A stretch of DNA of 56,295 nt from Candidatus Eiseniibacteriota bacterium (GCA_031431875.1 JANPEF010000075.1:1-56295); one strand, 5' to 3'. Positions 42,178 through 53,427 are shown, counted from the first letter of the stretch. A program made the numbers and translations. The notes: generated from the sequence alone by a model not told the origin.

Positions 42178-44060
42178 GAACCGTCGCCGGCGTGGGCGCG
42201 AACGATCGCCAGCACCTCGTCGCCATAGCGCTCGAGCTTCGCCTCACCGACTCCGCTCACGCCGCGCAGCACCGCCGGCGAGGACGGCCGCGCGCCGGCG
42301 ATCTCGGCCAGCGTCCGGTCGTTGAACACGACGTAGGCGGGCTTTCCGATCGCTGTGGCCGTGGCAAGGCGCCAGGCTCGCAGGGCTTGGAACAGCACTT
42401 CGTCGGTCGCGTTCCCGCCGCCAGCCGCACCCTTCGCCGCCGGCGCGATGTCGGCCAGCCTGGCCCCACCCTTCCTGCGGCGGCGCGGCGGCCCGTCGGG
42501 CGTGGCCGGCGCATCGCGCAGCTCGACCCGCCGGCGGCCGCGCAGCACCTCGTCGGCGGCGGGCGTGGTGCGCAGGCCGCCGTGGCCATCGGGGTGTAGC
42601 TCGAGCAGCCCCAGAACGACGAGCTGGCGCACGATGCGCCGCCAGTCCCTCTCGGAGTGCTCCGCGCCCACGCCGAACGTGGGCAGGCGATCGTGGCCCA
42701 GCGTGATCACCCGCTCGTTCGCCTTGCCGCGCAGCACGTCGACCAGGTGTGTCACGCCGAAGCGCTCGCCGGTGCGGCGCACCGCCGACAGCGCCTTCTG
42801 CGCGTCGAGCGTGCCGTCGACGCGGGCCGGCGGCGCGAGGCAGTTGTCGCAATGGCCGCAGTTGCCCGGGTAGGACTCGCCGAAGTAGCGGAGCAGGAGC
42901 GTGCGCCTGCAGTCGGCCGTCTCGCAGTAGGCGAGCATGTCGTCGAGCTTGCGCGTCTCGACGCGCTTGCGCTCGGGCGAGCCCTCGCCCTGCTCGATGA
43001 AGTTGCGCAGCTGGACGACGTCGCCCAGTCCGTACGCCATCCACGCATCGGCAGGCTCGCCGTCGCGGCCGGCGCGACCGGTCTCCTGGAAGTAGCCCTC
43101 GAGGCTCTTGGGCAGGTCGAGGTGCGCGACGAAGCGCACGTCGGGCTTGTCGATGCCCATGCCGAACGCGATGGTCGCGGTCATCACGAGCCCGTCCTCG
43201 CGCAGGAAGCGGTCCTGGTGGCGGCGGCGCGTCGCCGCATCGAGCCCGGCGTGGTACGGCAGGCTCGCAATGCCCTGCGCCGACAGCCACTGTGCCGTCT
43301 CGTCGGCCTTGCGGCGCGACAGGCCGTAGACGATGCCGCTCGCGCCAGCGTGCGCGCGAAGGAACGACAGCAGCTGCCCGCGCGCGTCATCCTTCTCGAC
43401 CACGCGATAGGTCAGGTTCGGGCGGTCGAAGCCGGCGACGAACGTGCGACCCCGCGAGAGTCCCAGGCGCAGCAGGATCTCGTCGCGCGTGCGCGGCGTC
43501 GCGGTCGCCGTCAGCGCGATGCGCGGCACGCCCGGCCAGCGCTCGCCGAGCACGGAGAGCCCCAGGTAGTCGGGGCGGAAGTCATGGCCCCACGACGAGA
43601 CACAGTGCGCCTCGTCGATGGCGAACAGGGCGATGCCCGGTCCCGCTGCGATCGCATCGACGAAGGCCAGCCCGCGCGGCGTGTTCAGGCGCTCGGGTGC
43701 GAGGTAGACGAGATCCAGCGCGCCCGTGCGCGCGGCGCGCTCGACCGCAACGGCGCTCGCCGCATCCAGCGACGAGTTGACGAACGCGGCGCGCACGCCG
43801 AGCTCGGTCAACCCATCGACCTGGTCCTGCATCAACGCAATCAGGGGAGAAACAACGATGCCGACGCCTCGACGAGCGAGCGCCGGCACCTGGTAGCAGA
43901 TCGACTTGCCGCCGCCGGTCGGCATGAGCACCAGGGCATCGCCGCCGCCGGTGACGTGGCGCACGATGTCGGCCTGCGGGCCACGAAAGGTGGCGTAGCC
44001 GAAGACGTCGCGCAGGATCTCCTGCGGATCGCGGGGTGGTCCTGCCGTGCGCGCGCCCAA
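42174..44060 (-). CDS. recQ: ATP-dependent DNA helicase RecQ
   Basis: [56 protein letters not shown], Zn-binding Cys, RQC and HRDC domains. Confidence 0.96.
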   Translation of the reverse strand: MGARTAGPPRDPQEILRDVFGYATFRGPQADIVRHVTGGGDALVLMPTGGGKSICYQVPALARRGVGIVVSPLIALMQDQVDGLTELGVRAAFVNSSLDAASAVAVERAARTGALDLVYLAPERLNTPRGLAFVDAIAAGPGIALFAIDEAHCVSSWGHDFRPDYLGLSVLGERWPGVPRIALTATATPRTRDEILLRLGLSRGRTFVAGFDRPNLTYRVVEKDDARGQLLSFLRAHAGASGIVYGLSRRKADETAQWLSAQGIASLPYHAGLDAATRRRHQDRFLREDGLVMTATIAFGMGIDKPDVRFVAHLDLPKSLEGYFQETGRAGRDGEPADAWMAYGLGDVVQLRNFIEQGEGSPERKRVETRKLDDMLAYCETADCRRTLLLRYFGESYPGNCGHCDNCLAPPARVDGTLDAQKALSAVRRTGERFGVTHLVDVLRGKANERVITLGHDRLPTFGVGAEHSERDWRRIVRQLVVLGLLELHPDGHGGLRTTPAADEVLRGRRRVELRDAPATPDGPPRRRRKGGARLADIAPAAKGAAGGGNATDEVLFQALRAWRLATATAIGKPAYVVFNDRTLAEIAGARPSSPAVLRGVSGVGEAKLERYGDEVLAIVRAHAGDGS

Positions 44061-44070
44061 CCCCGCCGGC

Positions 44071-46485
44071 CTACGGAATCCGGACGACCTTGCGGTCGAC
44101 GTGCTGCCCGGCCAGCGAGGCCCGTGCCAGGTAGACGCCCGGGGGCACCGCCCGGCCTGCGTCGTCGGCGCCGTCCCATGCGACGTTCAGCGGGCCCGGC
44201 GCCGCCGGACGATCGAGCAGCGTGCGCACGCGGCGCCCGGCCACCGAGTAGAGCTCGAGCCTGACGCGATCGCCGGCCGATGCGGCAGCCGGAACGGCCA
44301 GCGCGAACGCGGTCGTGCGCCCGCCCGCGGCCGGGTTCGGCGTGGGTGAAGCAAACGAGAGCCCCGCGATCGGTAGCGTCGGCGCGTCGACGGTGAGGTT
44401 GGCCGTTCCGCCTGCGGCGGTGTAACGGGCGCTGAACTCCTGCATGTAGAGGTTGGCGACGCGCTGGCTGTGGAACACGACCGTGTTCTCGTCGTTCACC
44501 GTGTTCGCCGCGTTCGACCAGTTGTGCGAGCCGCTGAGCAGGATGGGATCCGACGCCGGGTGCCCCTCGTCGACGATCAGGTACTTGTGGTGGTGGAGCC
44601 CCGACTCGGCATCGATCCACACGTCGGCGGCCGGCGCCCATGGCTCGGCCCCGCCGGTGCCCTTCATCTCGGGGTACTCGCTGCCCGACCCGTTGGCATT
44701 GCCGGTCTCGTGCACGCCGCGCACGTAGAAGCCCGGGATCGACTCGTAGCGGGCACGCATGGCGTCGGCGATCGGGTCCGAGGTGAAGGCGAGGATCGAG
44801 TAGGCGACGCCGAAGTCAGCGGTTCCCGACACGTAGCCGGCGATCCTCCCGTCGGTGCCGTCCGAGGGCGAGAACCACACCTCGATCGGAATCCCGTTGA
44901 CGGTGAAGTAGTGCGCCGTGTTGTCGGTCTTGGCGCTGCCCATGCGCGCGTTCGCCGCGTTCGGTGCGTCGGTGTCCGAGCCCCACTGCTCGTTGAACTC
45001 GACGAGGAACGTCTGGGCCATCCCGAAGTCCTGGATCTCGAAGGCGTTGTTCGGGTCGGTCAGGAGCTGGTCGGTGCTGCAGTTGGTCGAGCCGCTCCAG
45101 ATCCAGTCGTTGTCGGTCGCCGCGTCCCGCCCGTCGCACACCACGAACTTGTTGTGGTGGATGCCGCTGGCGTGATTCCCGCCGTAGGTGCTGGTGATCA
45201 CCGGCACGCCGAGCCCGCGCAGGCGGTCGGCCTGCGACTGGCCGTTCTCCGCGTCGAGGATGAGGCGGATCTTGATGCCGGCATTCCAGCGGGCGATCAG
45301 CGCATCGGTCACCGGGGGATCGCTGAACGAGTAGAACGCACAGTCGAGCGAGTAGGTGGCCCGGTTGATGTAGGCGATCAGGCGCTGCCGCAGGTCGACG
45401 TTGCCGTTCGCCGTGTCGGGGTTGGCGAGCGAGATGTCGACGCTCCGGTTGAAATAGAAGTTCATCTGGCCCGGCTGCCCCGACGGCGTGACGAAGGTGG
45501 ACTGCCCGCTCTGCCGGCAGCCGGCCCCGTTGCACGAGACCACGCGATAGTAATAGAGGCGGTTGGGCACCAGGCCGGTCAGGTTCACGACGTGTGCCGC
45601 CGTCGCGGTCGAGTCGCCGCTGGTCGAGCCCAGCGCCGGCGTCAGGCCGTAGTCGACGAGGCTGGTCGAGACGACGTCGGTCTGCCAGGTGACGGTCGCG
45701 CTGGTCGAGTCGATTGCCTGCCCCTGGGGGACGCCGACGAAGTTCGGGCCGGGCGTCAGCGCGATGACGTCGGAGAGGAAGCGCGGCTTGATCTGGTAGC
45801 TCTCGAAGTACGGCGCCGCCGAGTCGAACTGGGTCAGGATGCCGATGACGTCGAACGGGCCACTCGGGTTGGACGACCCGCACAGGGGCGAGTCCTTGTC
45901 GAGGAACAGGCTCGTCGTCCCGGTGGCGTCCTGGATGGTCAGCGTGACGTTTGCCGCGGCACAGGTGGCCGGCCAGGTGCCGCCGACCACGGTGACGTTG
46001 TTGATGCGGATGAGCTGGCTCTCCAGGTCCTCGCGAATCGTCGAGTAGTTCATCGTCGAGTCGCGGACCTGTTTGCACGTGCGGACGATCGGGTCGTTGT
46101 AGTAGGCGAAATTCCCGGTCGAATGCGTGGTGACGATCGAGGCATTGCCGATCTCGGTCAGCCCGTTGAAGTGGGCGATCTGGCCGGTCACCGTGACGCT
46201 ATCCCCCAGGTTGTACGTGTACCCGCCCCCGGAGCGGAACAACGTCATCCCGCCCGTCGTGTCGCGGACCACGACGTCGTCCGAGGTCAACGAGAAGATG
46301 TTGTCCGGGCTGATCACCACGCCGGTGACGGTGACGGTCACACCGACGTTGTACGGCAGTGCGGGCAGGCCGCTGGTGGTGACGGCGTGCAAGTCGCGGA
46401 TCGGGATGGCCGAGGCCGGGGCGGCGAGAAGCGCAAGGATGAGGGCGGCGAAGGGGAGCGCCGAACGGCAGGCGTTTGAAATCAT
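44071..46485 (-). CDS. Secreted phospholipase D-superfamily (two HKD motifs) protein with OB-fold, Fn3-like and FlgD-like domains; possible nuclease
   Basis: HHNKFVVCD...GSTN and HHKYLIVD...GSHNWS..A...[23 protein letters not shown]-fold; W.TD...S.V.YG Fn3; PNP...WDG.D..G....GVY tail. Confidence 0.85.
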   Translation of the reverse strand: MISNACRSALPFAALILALLAAPASAIPIRDLHAVTTSGLPALPYNVGVTVTVTGVVISPDNIFSLTSDDVVVRDTTGGMTLFRSGGGYTYNLGDSVTVTGQIAHFNGLTEIGNASIVTTHSTGNFAYYNDPIVRTCKQVRDSTMNYSTIREDLESQLIRINNVTVVGGTWPATCAAANVTLTIQDATGTTSLFLDKDSPLCGSSNPSGPFDVIGILTQFDSAAPYFESYQIKPRFLSDVIALTPGPNFVGVPQGQAIDSTSATVTWQTDVVSTSLVDYGLTPALGSTSGDSTATAAHVVNLTGLVPNRLYYYRVVSCNGAGCRQSGQSTFVTPSGQPGQMNFYFNRSVDISLANPDTANGNVDLRQRLIAYINRATYSLDCAFYSFSDPPVTDALIARWNAGIKIRLILDAENGQSQADRLRGLGVPVITSTYGGNHASGIHHNKFVVCDGRDAATDNDWIWSGSTNCSTDQLLTDPNNAFEIQDFGMAQTFLVEFNEQWGSDTDAPNAANARMGSAKTDNTAHYFTVNGIPIEVWFSPSDGTDGRIAGYVSGTADFGVAYSILAFTSDPIADAMRARYESIPGFYVRGVHETGNANGSGSEYPEMKGTGGAEPWAPAADVWIDAESGLHHHKYLIVDEGHPASDPILLSGSHNWSNAANTVNDENTVVFHSQRVANLYMQEFSARYTAAGGTANLTVDAPTLPIAGLSFASPTPNPAAGGRTTAFALAVPAAASAGDRVRLELYSVAGRRVRTLLDRPAAPGPLNVAWDGADDAGRAVPPGVYLARASLAGQHVDRKVVRIP

Positions 46486-46674
46486 CCGATCCTCCGAGAC
46501 ACGACACGGGGCGGTCGACGATCCGACCGCCCCGTGCGGGCAAAAGGAAACCGGGCGACCGGCAGAGGGGGTAGCCTGCGGAGTGACCACCCCGAAGCTC
46601 TGCAGACGGTAGAGTCGCCCGGTCCTTTGGGTCATGAACGGCCTGCTTCCGTGGCCGCGTTTGTGAACTCGCGG

Positions 46675-48696
46675 TTAGTCTGTCACCACCAGCTTGGCGG
46701 TTGCAAGCCTATTTCCCAACTGCAACTGAACAAAGAAGATACCCGATCCAAGGCGTCCGCCGCCCAGGTTCCGGGCATCCAGCGCGATGGCCTGCGGACC
46801 GGCCGCGACTTCGGCGTTTGCCAGCGGCGTCGCGACGAGGCGTCCGGCCACGTCGTAGACCCGCAGCGAGGCCCGTCCGGCCGTCGGCACGGTGAAGTTG
46901 ACGATCGCCGAACCGCCACGCGCGAACGAGACCGGCGTCGGCGTGATCCCGCGGATCGCGAAGTCGAGCCCACCGACGCCCGGCGTGACGTCCACCAGCT
47001 GATCGGAGATGTCCGCCGAGTCGCGGGGGTTCACGGTGTACTGGCCGAACGCGTCATTGACCAGTCCCCGGATGTACGGCACGACCGTCAGGTAGTTGTC
47101 GCCGCGGCCGTAGAGGTAGTCCTGGCGGAACATGGTGTCGTCGACCCGCACCGTGTCTCCGGCCCCGCCACCGCCCTGGACGAGGAACTGCCCGTTGGGC
47201 AGCGAGTCCTGCACCACGGTGACGTTGGCGAGCTCGACGAACATGGCCTCGTAGGCCTCGCCCGACTCCGGCTCCACGCCGGTGAGCGTGCCGATCAGGC
47301 CCGGGGCCACGGTGACCGGCGTGAACTTGGCCACGCCCGCGGCATGCTCGAACTGGTAGTCGAGACCCGAGAACTCGGTGAGCTGCGACAGCGAGCCGAA
47401 CTCGGTGACCACGCCCGAGACGGTGATGTCGTCACCGACGGCCAGCGAGGCGATCGGAGCGAAGATCGCGATGCCCGAGGACGGGCCCGTCGCCGTGCCC
47501 TCCTGGATGTAGTAGAGCTGCTCGTCGCGGGCGTGAACGACGCCGCGAACCGTCACCTGCTCAAATGCGAACTGCGAGGAGTCGGCGTTCACATCCGTCT
47601 GCACGTCGCGGATCGAGGTGACTCCGGCGCGGAAGAACTGCGTCGCCGGAGCGGCCATCGCCACGCCGAGCGTCGACTTCACGCCCGCCGCCGTCACCGC
47701 TTCGTCATCCGCCGGAACCTGTGCGTCGGTCGTCGTCGTCAGGTCGACCGTCTGGTTGCCCGCGCCGACGATAGTCGCCGCGTCGATCGAGCCCAGGGTC
47801 TGGCGCGAGTAGTTCGCCGGGTTCTGCGCCGTCGTCGGATCGAGCGCGCGGTCGAACACCAGCCGGATCGTCGAGTTCGAGGTGGCGTAGGCATTGAGCA
47901 GGGTCGGCGGCGAGGGCACCACGATGTCGGCGCCATCCCGCAGCTGGATGCCGTAACCACGCGTGCGCTGGTGGCCGATGCCGCGGAACGAGGGGGCGAC
48001 CACACCGAGCGACGGGGCCGAGACGGCCGGGTTCGCCATGGTGAAGCCGTCGACGCGCACGGTGTCGGTCGAGCCCGGAATCGTGTTGTCGGTCACCAGC
48101 CAGGTGCTCGACGGGAAGGTCCCCAGGATCCCGCTGTTGTAGATCGGGTAGCGCACGTTCTTGCCATTGGTCAGCGAGACGTAGACGCCCTCGTAGCGCT
48201 CGGCGAACGGATAGGCCGCGGTCTCGCTGAACGCGCCGAAGTTGGGGAGCGCGATCGCCGCCGGAACGGGCGCGGTGCCGATCTTCGCCATCGGGGGCGA
48301 CGCGCCGAAGGCGCTGCCGGTGAGCGAGATGATCTCGGTCTCGTTCTGGAACTCGGTGGTCCGCCCGGTCACGGTGATGAGGTCGCCACGGGCATAGCCC
48401 GAGTCCGCATACGTGTTGGCGCCGCCGGTGAAGACGAGGACGCCGGAGTAGTTTCCGCCGGCGACGTCCTGGATGTAGAACCCGAAGCCCGTCGGGCGGG
48501 TGTCCGCACCGGTGATCACCCCGGTCGTCGTCACCGAGTCCGTGCTGCCGACGACCACGCGACCGACGCTCGTCGTATCCTGGATCTGGTAGATCGTGAC
48601 GGTCCGCTGCACGGCCGAGGCAGGCCCGGCGGCGGCGACAAGCAGGAGCACGGCGGGAACCGTGAGCGTGAGCGCGCGAAGGAAGAGACGCGACAT
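46675..48696 (-). CDS. Secreted multi-OB-fold protein with C-terminal FlgD/T9SS-like domain
   Basis: Two repeats of TI..IQ...V...GV.....YIQ.....SG..F....GD.ITV.G..TEF...TE and E.YE...V.L.N; no catalytic motif recognised. Confidence 0.78.
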   Translation of the reverse strand: MSRLFLRALTLTVPAVLLLVAAAGPASAVQRTVTIYQIQDTTSVGRVVVGSTDSVTTTGVITGADTRPTGFGFYIQDVAGGNYSGVLVFTGGANTYADSGYARGDLITVTGRTTEFQNETEIISLTGSAFGASPPMAKIGTAPVPAAIALPNFGAFSETAAYPFAERYEGVYVSLTNGKNVRYPIYNSGILGTFPSSTWLVTDNTIPGSTDTVRVDGFTMANPAVSAPSLGVVAPSFRGIGHQRTRGYGIQLRDGADIVVPSPPTLLNAYATSNSTIRLVFDRALDPTTAQNPANYSRQTLGSIDAATIVGAGNQTVDLTTTTDAQVPADDEAVTAAGVKSTLGVAMAAPATQFFRAGVTSIRDVQTDVNADSSQFAFEQVTVRGVVHARDEQLYYIQEGTATGPSSGIAIFAPIASLAVGDDITVSGVVTEFGSLSQLTEFSGLDYQFEHAAGVAKFTPVTVAPGLIGTLTGVEPESGEAYEAMFVELANVTVVQDSLPNGQFLVQGGGGAGDTVRVDDTMFRQDYLYGRGDNYLTVVPYIRGLVNDAFGQYTVNPRDSADISDQLVDVTPGVGGLDFAIRGITPTPVSFARGGSAIVNFTVPTAGRASLRVYDVAGRLVATPLANAEVAAGPQAIALDARNLGGGRLGSGIFFVQLQLGNRLATAKLVVTD

Positions 48697-48843
48697 CGGG
48701 CAACCTCCAGACGATTGCGGGAAAGAACTCGGGGGAAGGACTGGAGCGATCGCTCCCTTTCCGAATCTCCGACGATGGGGGTTCGGAATGACCACGGTTG
48801 ACCGGAAACTGGAATCGCCGACCGGAAACTCGAATCAGGAAGA

Positions 48844-48872
48844 AAAATAGCCGAAAACCCCTTGCCTGTCAA
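48844..48872 (-). promoter_or_regulatory. Sigma70 promoter of the OB-fold gene
   Basis: Minus strand TTGACA-N17-TATTTT. Confidence 0.65.
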
Positions 48873-48894
48873 GGGTTTCCGGCGTTTGGGCAGG

Positions 48895-50364
48895 CTACGG
48901 ACTGACCCCGTGGCCGAAGCGGAAGAGGACCCGGCGGATGGTCTTTTCCGTGTAGTTCGCGTCGGGGGCCGGGCTCGGCGCCCCGGTGGGCGTGCCGCCC
49001 AGGTAGCGCAGCGGGAAGGTGAGGAACACGAATCTCCCGGCCCCCCCCGCCGGAACCCGATCCACGCCGATCGTCCACGGTTCGACCTGCGTCGAGTCGA
49101 GCACGATCGGGCGCGCCTCGAAGGCGGCATCGGCCGGGCTGGCGAGGACGAGGGCATCGACGTTCGAGGAGATGGCGACCGCGCGCAGGGAATCGTACGG
49201 GGAACCGGCCGCCGGGTGGACCAGGGCGGCATTGCCGATCGAAAACGCAGTGGTTCCCAGCTTCGCGTTGACCCGCACGGAGTCGGCCCCGACCACGTCG
49301 GCGAGGAAGCCCGAATTGGCGATCGCGCCGGCCGTGCCGACGAGAATCGTGCTGCAGACGTAGATGTTTCCCCCGGCGGCGAGGTGCCCGCGGATCGCGC
49401 TCTCCGCCATCGGCAACGCCGCCGAGCGTGCCGTGTTGATCTCCTGGTACCAGATCACCGAGCGGAAGAAGCCGAACGTCGCGGCGATATCGGCCGCCGA
49501 GCGGAATGGATTCGCCAGTTCGAGGTCGAGGGTCGTGTAATCCGCGCTGGAACCAAGTTGCCGGTTGAGCGCGCTGCGGTACGCCGGATCGACCGGGCCC
49601 GACTGGGCGGCGGGCACGTCGTCGACCAGCAGCACGTCGCCCTGCGGCGCGATCACGTTCCAGGTGAAGGAGTCGGGCGGGCTGAGCGCCCCACCGTCGT
49701 CGATGCAGCGGACGAACACCTCGTGGGCGCCGGTCACGTAACCGCCCAGGCCGTCGGCGAACGCGGCCGGGAGCAGCGTGAACCCGGTCGAGCCCGGCGG
49801 AACGAGAACCGCCGCCGCCAGGTTGCCGTCGAGCCACACCTGGTAGCTCGCCTTCGCGATGTCCCCGTCGGGATCGGACGCCGACCAGGTGACGGTCGCC
49901 ACGGGCAGGGTGGTCGCGGGCAACACCGGTGTCCCGGTGAAACTCACCTGAGGTGGGAAATTGCGGAAGCGAAACGCCTGCCGCGCCGGTGTCGGATCGG
50001 CGGCGTTCTCGTCGTCGATCGCCCGCACCACGAAGGTGGGCATCGCGGCTCCGCTCGGCGTCCACACGGTGAAGGTCGACTCGGTCCGGTCGGTCGTGAA
50101 CCAGCGGGTGGAGTCGTCGCCCGCCGGCGCCTGGCCCGCCTCGTAGATCCACTTGATCTCGTAGTGATCGACCTCGCCGTCCGGATCCGTTCCGAACCAC
50201 GAGAGCTCGACGATGTGACGCACGGTGTCGAGGTCCCCGGAGACGAACACCAGGGTCTCGGGGGGCTGATTCGGGGACAGCGTCCCCTTGCTGCCGCACC
50301 CCGCCGCCACGGCGGCAAGGAACAGGATCGTGCCGGCGAGGAAGGCCTGCAACCTGCGGCTCAT
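48895..50364 (-). CDS. Hypothetical lipoprotein with Ig/Fn3-like domains
   Basis: Lipobox AVAAG-C; NQPPET, W.GTDPDG.V, F.VRAIDD..A.DPTPA, VLLVDD; ATGA coupling. Confidence 0.8.
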   Translation of the reverse strand: MSRRLQAFLAGTILFLAAVAAGCGSKGTLSPNQPPETLVFVSGDLDTVRHIVELSWFGTDPDGEVDHYEIKWIYEAGQAPAGDDSTRWFTTDRTESTFTVWTPSGAAMPTFVVRAIDDENAADPTPARQAFRFRNFPPQVSFTGTPVLPATTLPVATVTWSASDPDGDIAKASYQVWLDGNLAAAVLVPPGSTGFTLLPAAFADGLGGYVTGAHEVFVRCIDDGGALSPPDSFTWNVIAPQGDVLLVDDVPAAQSGPVDPAYRSALNRQLGSSADYTTLDLELANPFRSAADIAATFGFFRSVIWYQEINTARSAALPMAESAIRGHLAAGGNIYVCSTILVGTAGAIANSGFLADVVGADSVRVNAKLGTTAFSIGNAALVHPAAGSPYDSLRAVAISSNVDALVLASPADAAFEARPIVLDSTQVEPWTIGVDRVPAGGAGRFVFLTFPLRYLGGTPTGAPSPAPDANYTEKTIRRVLFRFGHGVSP

Positions 50365-52370
50365 CGGAAACCCTCCCGGTCCGACTTGACGACGAGGAAC
50401 TTGCCGCGCTGCACGGCTCCCGTCGCCCCGTCTTCCACCGCGAAGAGATAGAGGCCGGACGCGGCGGCCTGACCCTGATCGGTGATGAGGTCCCAGGCGT
50501 AGAGCGAACCCGAGAGACTGGGTGCGCCGAGCGCCGTCTCGGCGGCGGGATCGAACAGGCCGCGCGCGCTCGAACCGTCGTAGATCGCTCCGTCGAAGTC
50601 GACCCGCTTCAGCAGGTCGCCCGCCAGCGTGTAGATCCGGATCGTACAGCGCTGCGGCAGGTTGGCGAACCACAGGTAGTGATCGCGCACCAGGCGGCCG
50701 GCATCCCACTTGGCCTCGACCTTGTAGGGGTTGGGAAAGACGGAGACCGTGCGTCCGGCGGCCTCGCCCGGCGACGGGGCGGGGACGGCCTGCGCCAGGT
50801 TCTGCGTCACGCCCGACTCCAGTGACTCGATCTGGTCGTCGCCGATGTCGTAGGCGGTGACCGCGGCGTAGTACTTGAAGCCGGTCTTCAACCCCGTGAT
50901 GCGCTTGCGGTAGTGGTAGTACACACCATCGATCACGACCGAGTCGGCGAGGGCGACGTCGCCGAACCCGGTGTCGAAGCCAACCGTATCGGGTCGGTCG
51001 TACTGGGCCACCCGGCTCAGCTCGTCGCGATCCTGGCTCAGGTAGATGCGATAGCCCTCGAAGTCGAGTCCGCCCGACGCGGGGCTGGTGGGATCGGCGG
51101 CCAGTTCGGAGCTGCGATCCCAGTACAGGTCGAGCGCACCCTCGACCGGCACGACGGCCAGGCGCGGCGAGGGCGGCGGCGAAGGGATCACGTAGTTGAA
51201 GTTGAAGGCGAGCTGCGCGAATGCGGCATTGAGCACGATGTCCTGGTCGTCCTCGCCGCCGACGAAGGCGAAATCGACGTAGACCGACGAGTCGGGAAGG
51301 ATCTCGGCGAACGGCCCCACCGCGAGCATGCTGATCGGGTCGTTGGCGCCACCCTCGGAGGCCTCGCCCGGAAGGAGGCTGTCCGGCGGAGTGATCCGGC
51401 CGGTCGACAGGAGGTTGTAGCGCTCGCTGTCCTCGTCGCGCGTCGTGTCCCCGGGGGAGTAGTTCGCCAGGTACATCGTCACCAGCTTGCTCGCCACGGT
51501 ATCGGGGCGAACGCCGAGCAACTGGATGCCGACCCGCGCCGGGCACACGTCATCCTCGCACGATTCCGGGGGCGACGCGTAGCTGCGGCAATAGTGCTCG
51601 GTGATCAGCCGGGCCTCGGGAACGTAGTTCATCCGCTTCTTGTTGTACCACGAGCCCAGTGTGCCACCGCTCGCCGAGCTCGGGGGCCACGTGCTGTACG
51701 CATTCTTCGGACCCGAGGCGAGCTCCTCGTAGAGCCCGATCCACACGTTGCGCAACGGCGGGCCGGTGTTGGTGATCTTGAAGCGAACCGCCACAAAGTT
51801 GGCGAAGCGCGAGAACGACCAGTTGTACGCCTGCTGTTCGATGCGGATTCCGAGCGGCTCGTGATCCTCACCCCCGGTGACCGTCGCCTTGGCGGGGTAG
51901 TCGACGAACTCGGTGATGTAGTCCTGCTCCGAGACCGCGTCGGGCGAGTACACCGGGCTGTTGGCGAGCTTGGAGCGCTCGAGGATCTGGCTGCCGAACG
52001 GCGTGTACTCGGTGCCCGCAGCGCTGGCGGACCCCTGGGATCCGTCGACGGCCGCGGTGCTCACGCGCAGCGCCTCGCCGGTTCCCGAGAACTGGGTGAG
52101 CCCGCCGACCCACAGGCCGCCGCGAACCAGGTGCTCGAAGCCGGTTCCCAGCGGGTACTCGAACGACGGCGAACGCGACACGAAGTTGTTGCCGAAGAAG
52201 CCGTAGTTCGTCGTGGTCAGCCCGATCAGGTTGTTGTTCGTGATGCGGACCCGGTAGGCGACCTGCGCGCGCGCGGGCGTCGCGCCCGGCAGGAGCGCCG
52301 CGAACCCGGCGAGGGTGAGGGCCAGAAGAACCCGCTGGCGACGGCGGAACGAAGCGGGGGGCGCGGTCAC
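50361..52370 (-). CDS. Secreted protein, paralog of 36630..38654
   Basis: Signal peptide ending ARA-Q; same motifs throughout, ending GKFLVVKSDREGFR; GAGGAAG upstream of GTG. Confidence 0.85.
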   Translation of the reverse strand: MTAPPASFRRRQRVLLALTLAGFAALLPGATPARAQVAYRVRITNNNLIGLTTTNYGFFGNNFVSRSPSFEYPLGTGFEHLVRGGLWVGGLTQFSGTGEALRVSTAAVDGSQGSASAAGTEYTPFGSQILERSKLANSPVYSPDAVSEQDYITEFVDYPAKATVTGGEDHEPLGIRIEQQAYNWSFSRFANFVAVRFKITNTGPPLRNVWIGLYEELASGPKNAYSTWPPSSASGGTLGSWYNKKRMNYVPEARLITEHYCRSYASPPESCEDDVCPARVGIQLLGVRPDTVASKLVTMYLANYSPGDTTRDEDSERYNLLSTGRITPPDSLLPGEASEGGANDPISMLAVGPFAEILPDSSVYVDFAFVGGEDDQDIVLNAAFAQLAFNFNYVIPSPPPSPRLAVVPVEGALDLYWDRSSELAADPTSPASGGLDFEGYRIYLSQDRDELSRVAQYDRPDTVGFDTGFGDVALADSVVIDGVYYHYRKRITGLKTGFKYYAAVTAYDIGDDQIESLESGVTQNLAQAVPAPSPGEAAGRTVSVFPNPYKVEAKWDAGRLVRDHYLWFANLPQRCTIRIYTLAGDLLKRVDFDGAIYDGSSARGLFDPAAETALGAPSLSGSLYAWDLITDQGQAAASGLYLFAVEDGATGAVQRGKFLVVKSDREGFR

Positions 52371-52371
52371 G

Positions 52372-53427
52372 TCACTTCCTCTTCTTGTAGGCGGTGACCT
52401 TCCCGGTCGCCCGGTCGGCCACGTAGGCGAGGGAATCGTCGGCCGACACCGCGACCGGGACGTGAAGGGAATCGGAGTCGAGGTCGAGTTCGATGTCCAC
52501 GCGGCGCTCGAACACCCCCTGGGAGTCGAAGCGAAGGATTCGCGCATGTCCGCGATCCACGGCGTACATGAATCCCGCATCGTCGGCCACGAAGTCGGGC
52601 GGGACCAGCAAGGGCAACCCGCTGTCGCTGCCGTCGACGGCCAGCGCCGGAAGCGACTCCCCCTGGTTGCCGGCGACGATGGTCATGCGCTGGCACAGGT
52701 CCTTCCCCGTGTCCGCGACGTACAGGTAGGACGTGCCGTTCAGCGCGCGCACGAAGCAGTCGCCCGGCTCGGAGACGATGCCGATGCCCTGGCCGTCGCC
52801 GACGAAGAAGTCCGGATCCCGCGCGTAGCCCTGGGCCGCCAGGTAGCGGTAGACACGGCTCACGTACTTGAACGTGCGGCGCCGCGAATCGAGCGGGTCG
52901 TCGCGGATGAACTCCTTCGCGACGCACGACACGTAGACGTTGCCCTGGGCGTCGGCGGCGATGCCGCGCGCCTCGGCGATCGACGTGTCGCGGCGGACCA
53001 GCGTCGGTGCGCCGCCGGTCAGGCCGAAGCGCAGGAAGCCCGGGCCCTGCGTGGTGTCGGCTTGCGCCAGCAGCGTGTCGCCCGCGTCGAGCACGAACAG
53101 CACGGCCGGCCCCTGCGCGATCTTGGTCGGCTTGAGGAAGCCGGTGAAGGTCGTCCCGATCGGCGGCGTCGAGCCGTCCGCGCGGAAGAACCGCGGGTAC
53201 TGCCGCACGTACGACGAGTCGCCGACGACGAACAACGAGGTGCCGGTGCCCAGCGTGAGCAGTACGTCCGTCGGCTCGCCGAGCCCGCGAATGCTGCCGA
53301 TATAGGCATAGCTGCCGGCCTCGGGGATGACGCCACCGGGCGTCTCCTCGGGCAGGGTGAACGAGCCGCCGCAGCCGCCGGCAAGGACCGCGATCGCCGC
53401 GAGCAGGGGGATGCGGAGCGCGCGCAT
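52372..53427 (-). CDS. NHL-repeat-like beta-propeller lipoprotein
   Basis: Lipobox VLAGG-C; repeats P.DV, LFVLDAG, GIAAD..GNVYV, LYVADTG, YVADR. Confidence 0.78.
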   Translation of the reverse strand: MRALRIPLLAAIAVLAGGCGGSFTLPEETPGGVIPEAGSYAYIGSIRGLGEPTDVLLTLGTGTSLFVVGDSSYVRQYPRFFRADGSTPPIGTTFTGFLKPTKIAQGPAVLFVLDAGDTLLAQADTTQGPGFLRFGLTGGAPTLVRRDTSIAEARGIAADAQGNVYVSCVAKEFIRDDPLDSRRRTFKYVSRVYRYLAAQGYARDPDFFVGDGQGIGIVSEPGDCFVRALNGTSYLYVADTGKDLCQRMTIVAGNQGESLPALAVDGSDSGLPLLVPPDFVADDAGFMYAVDRGHARILRFDSQGVFERRVDIELDLDSDSLHVPVAVSADDSLAYVADRATGKVTAYKKRK

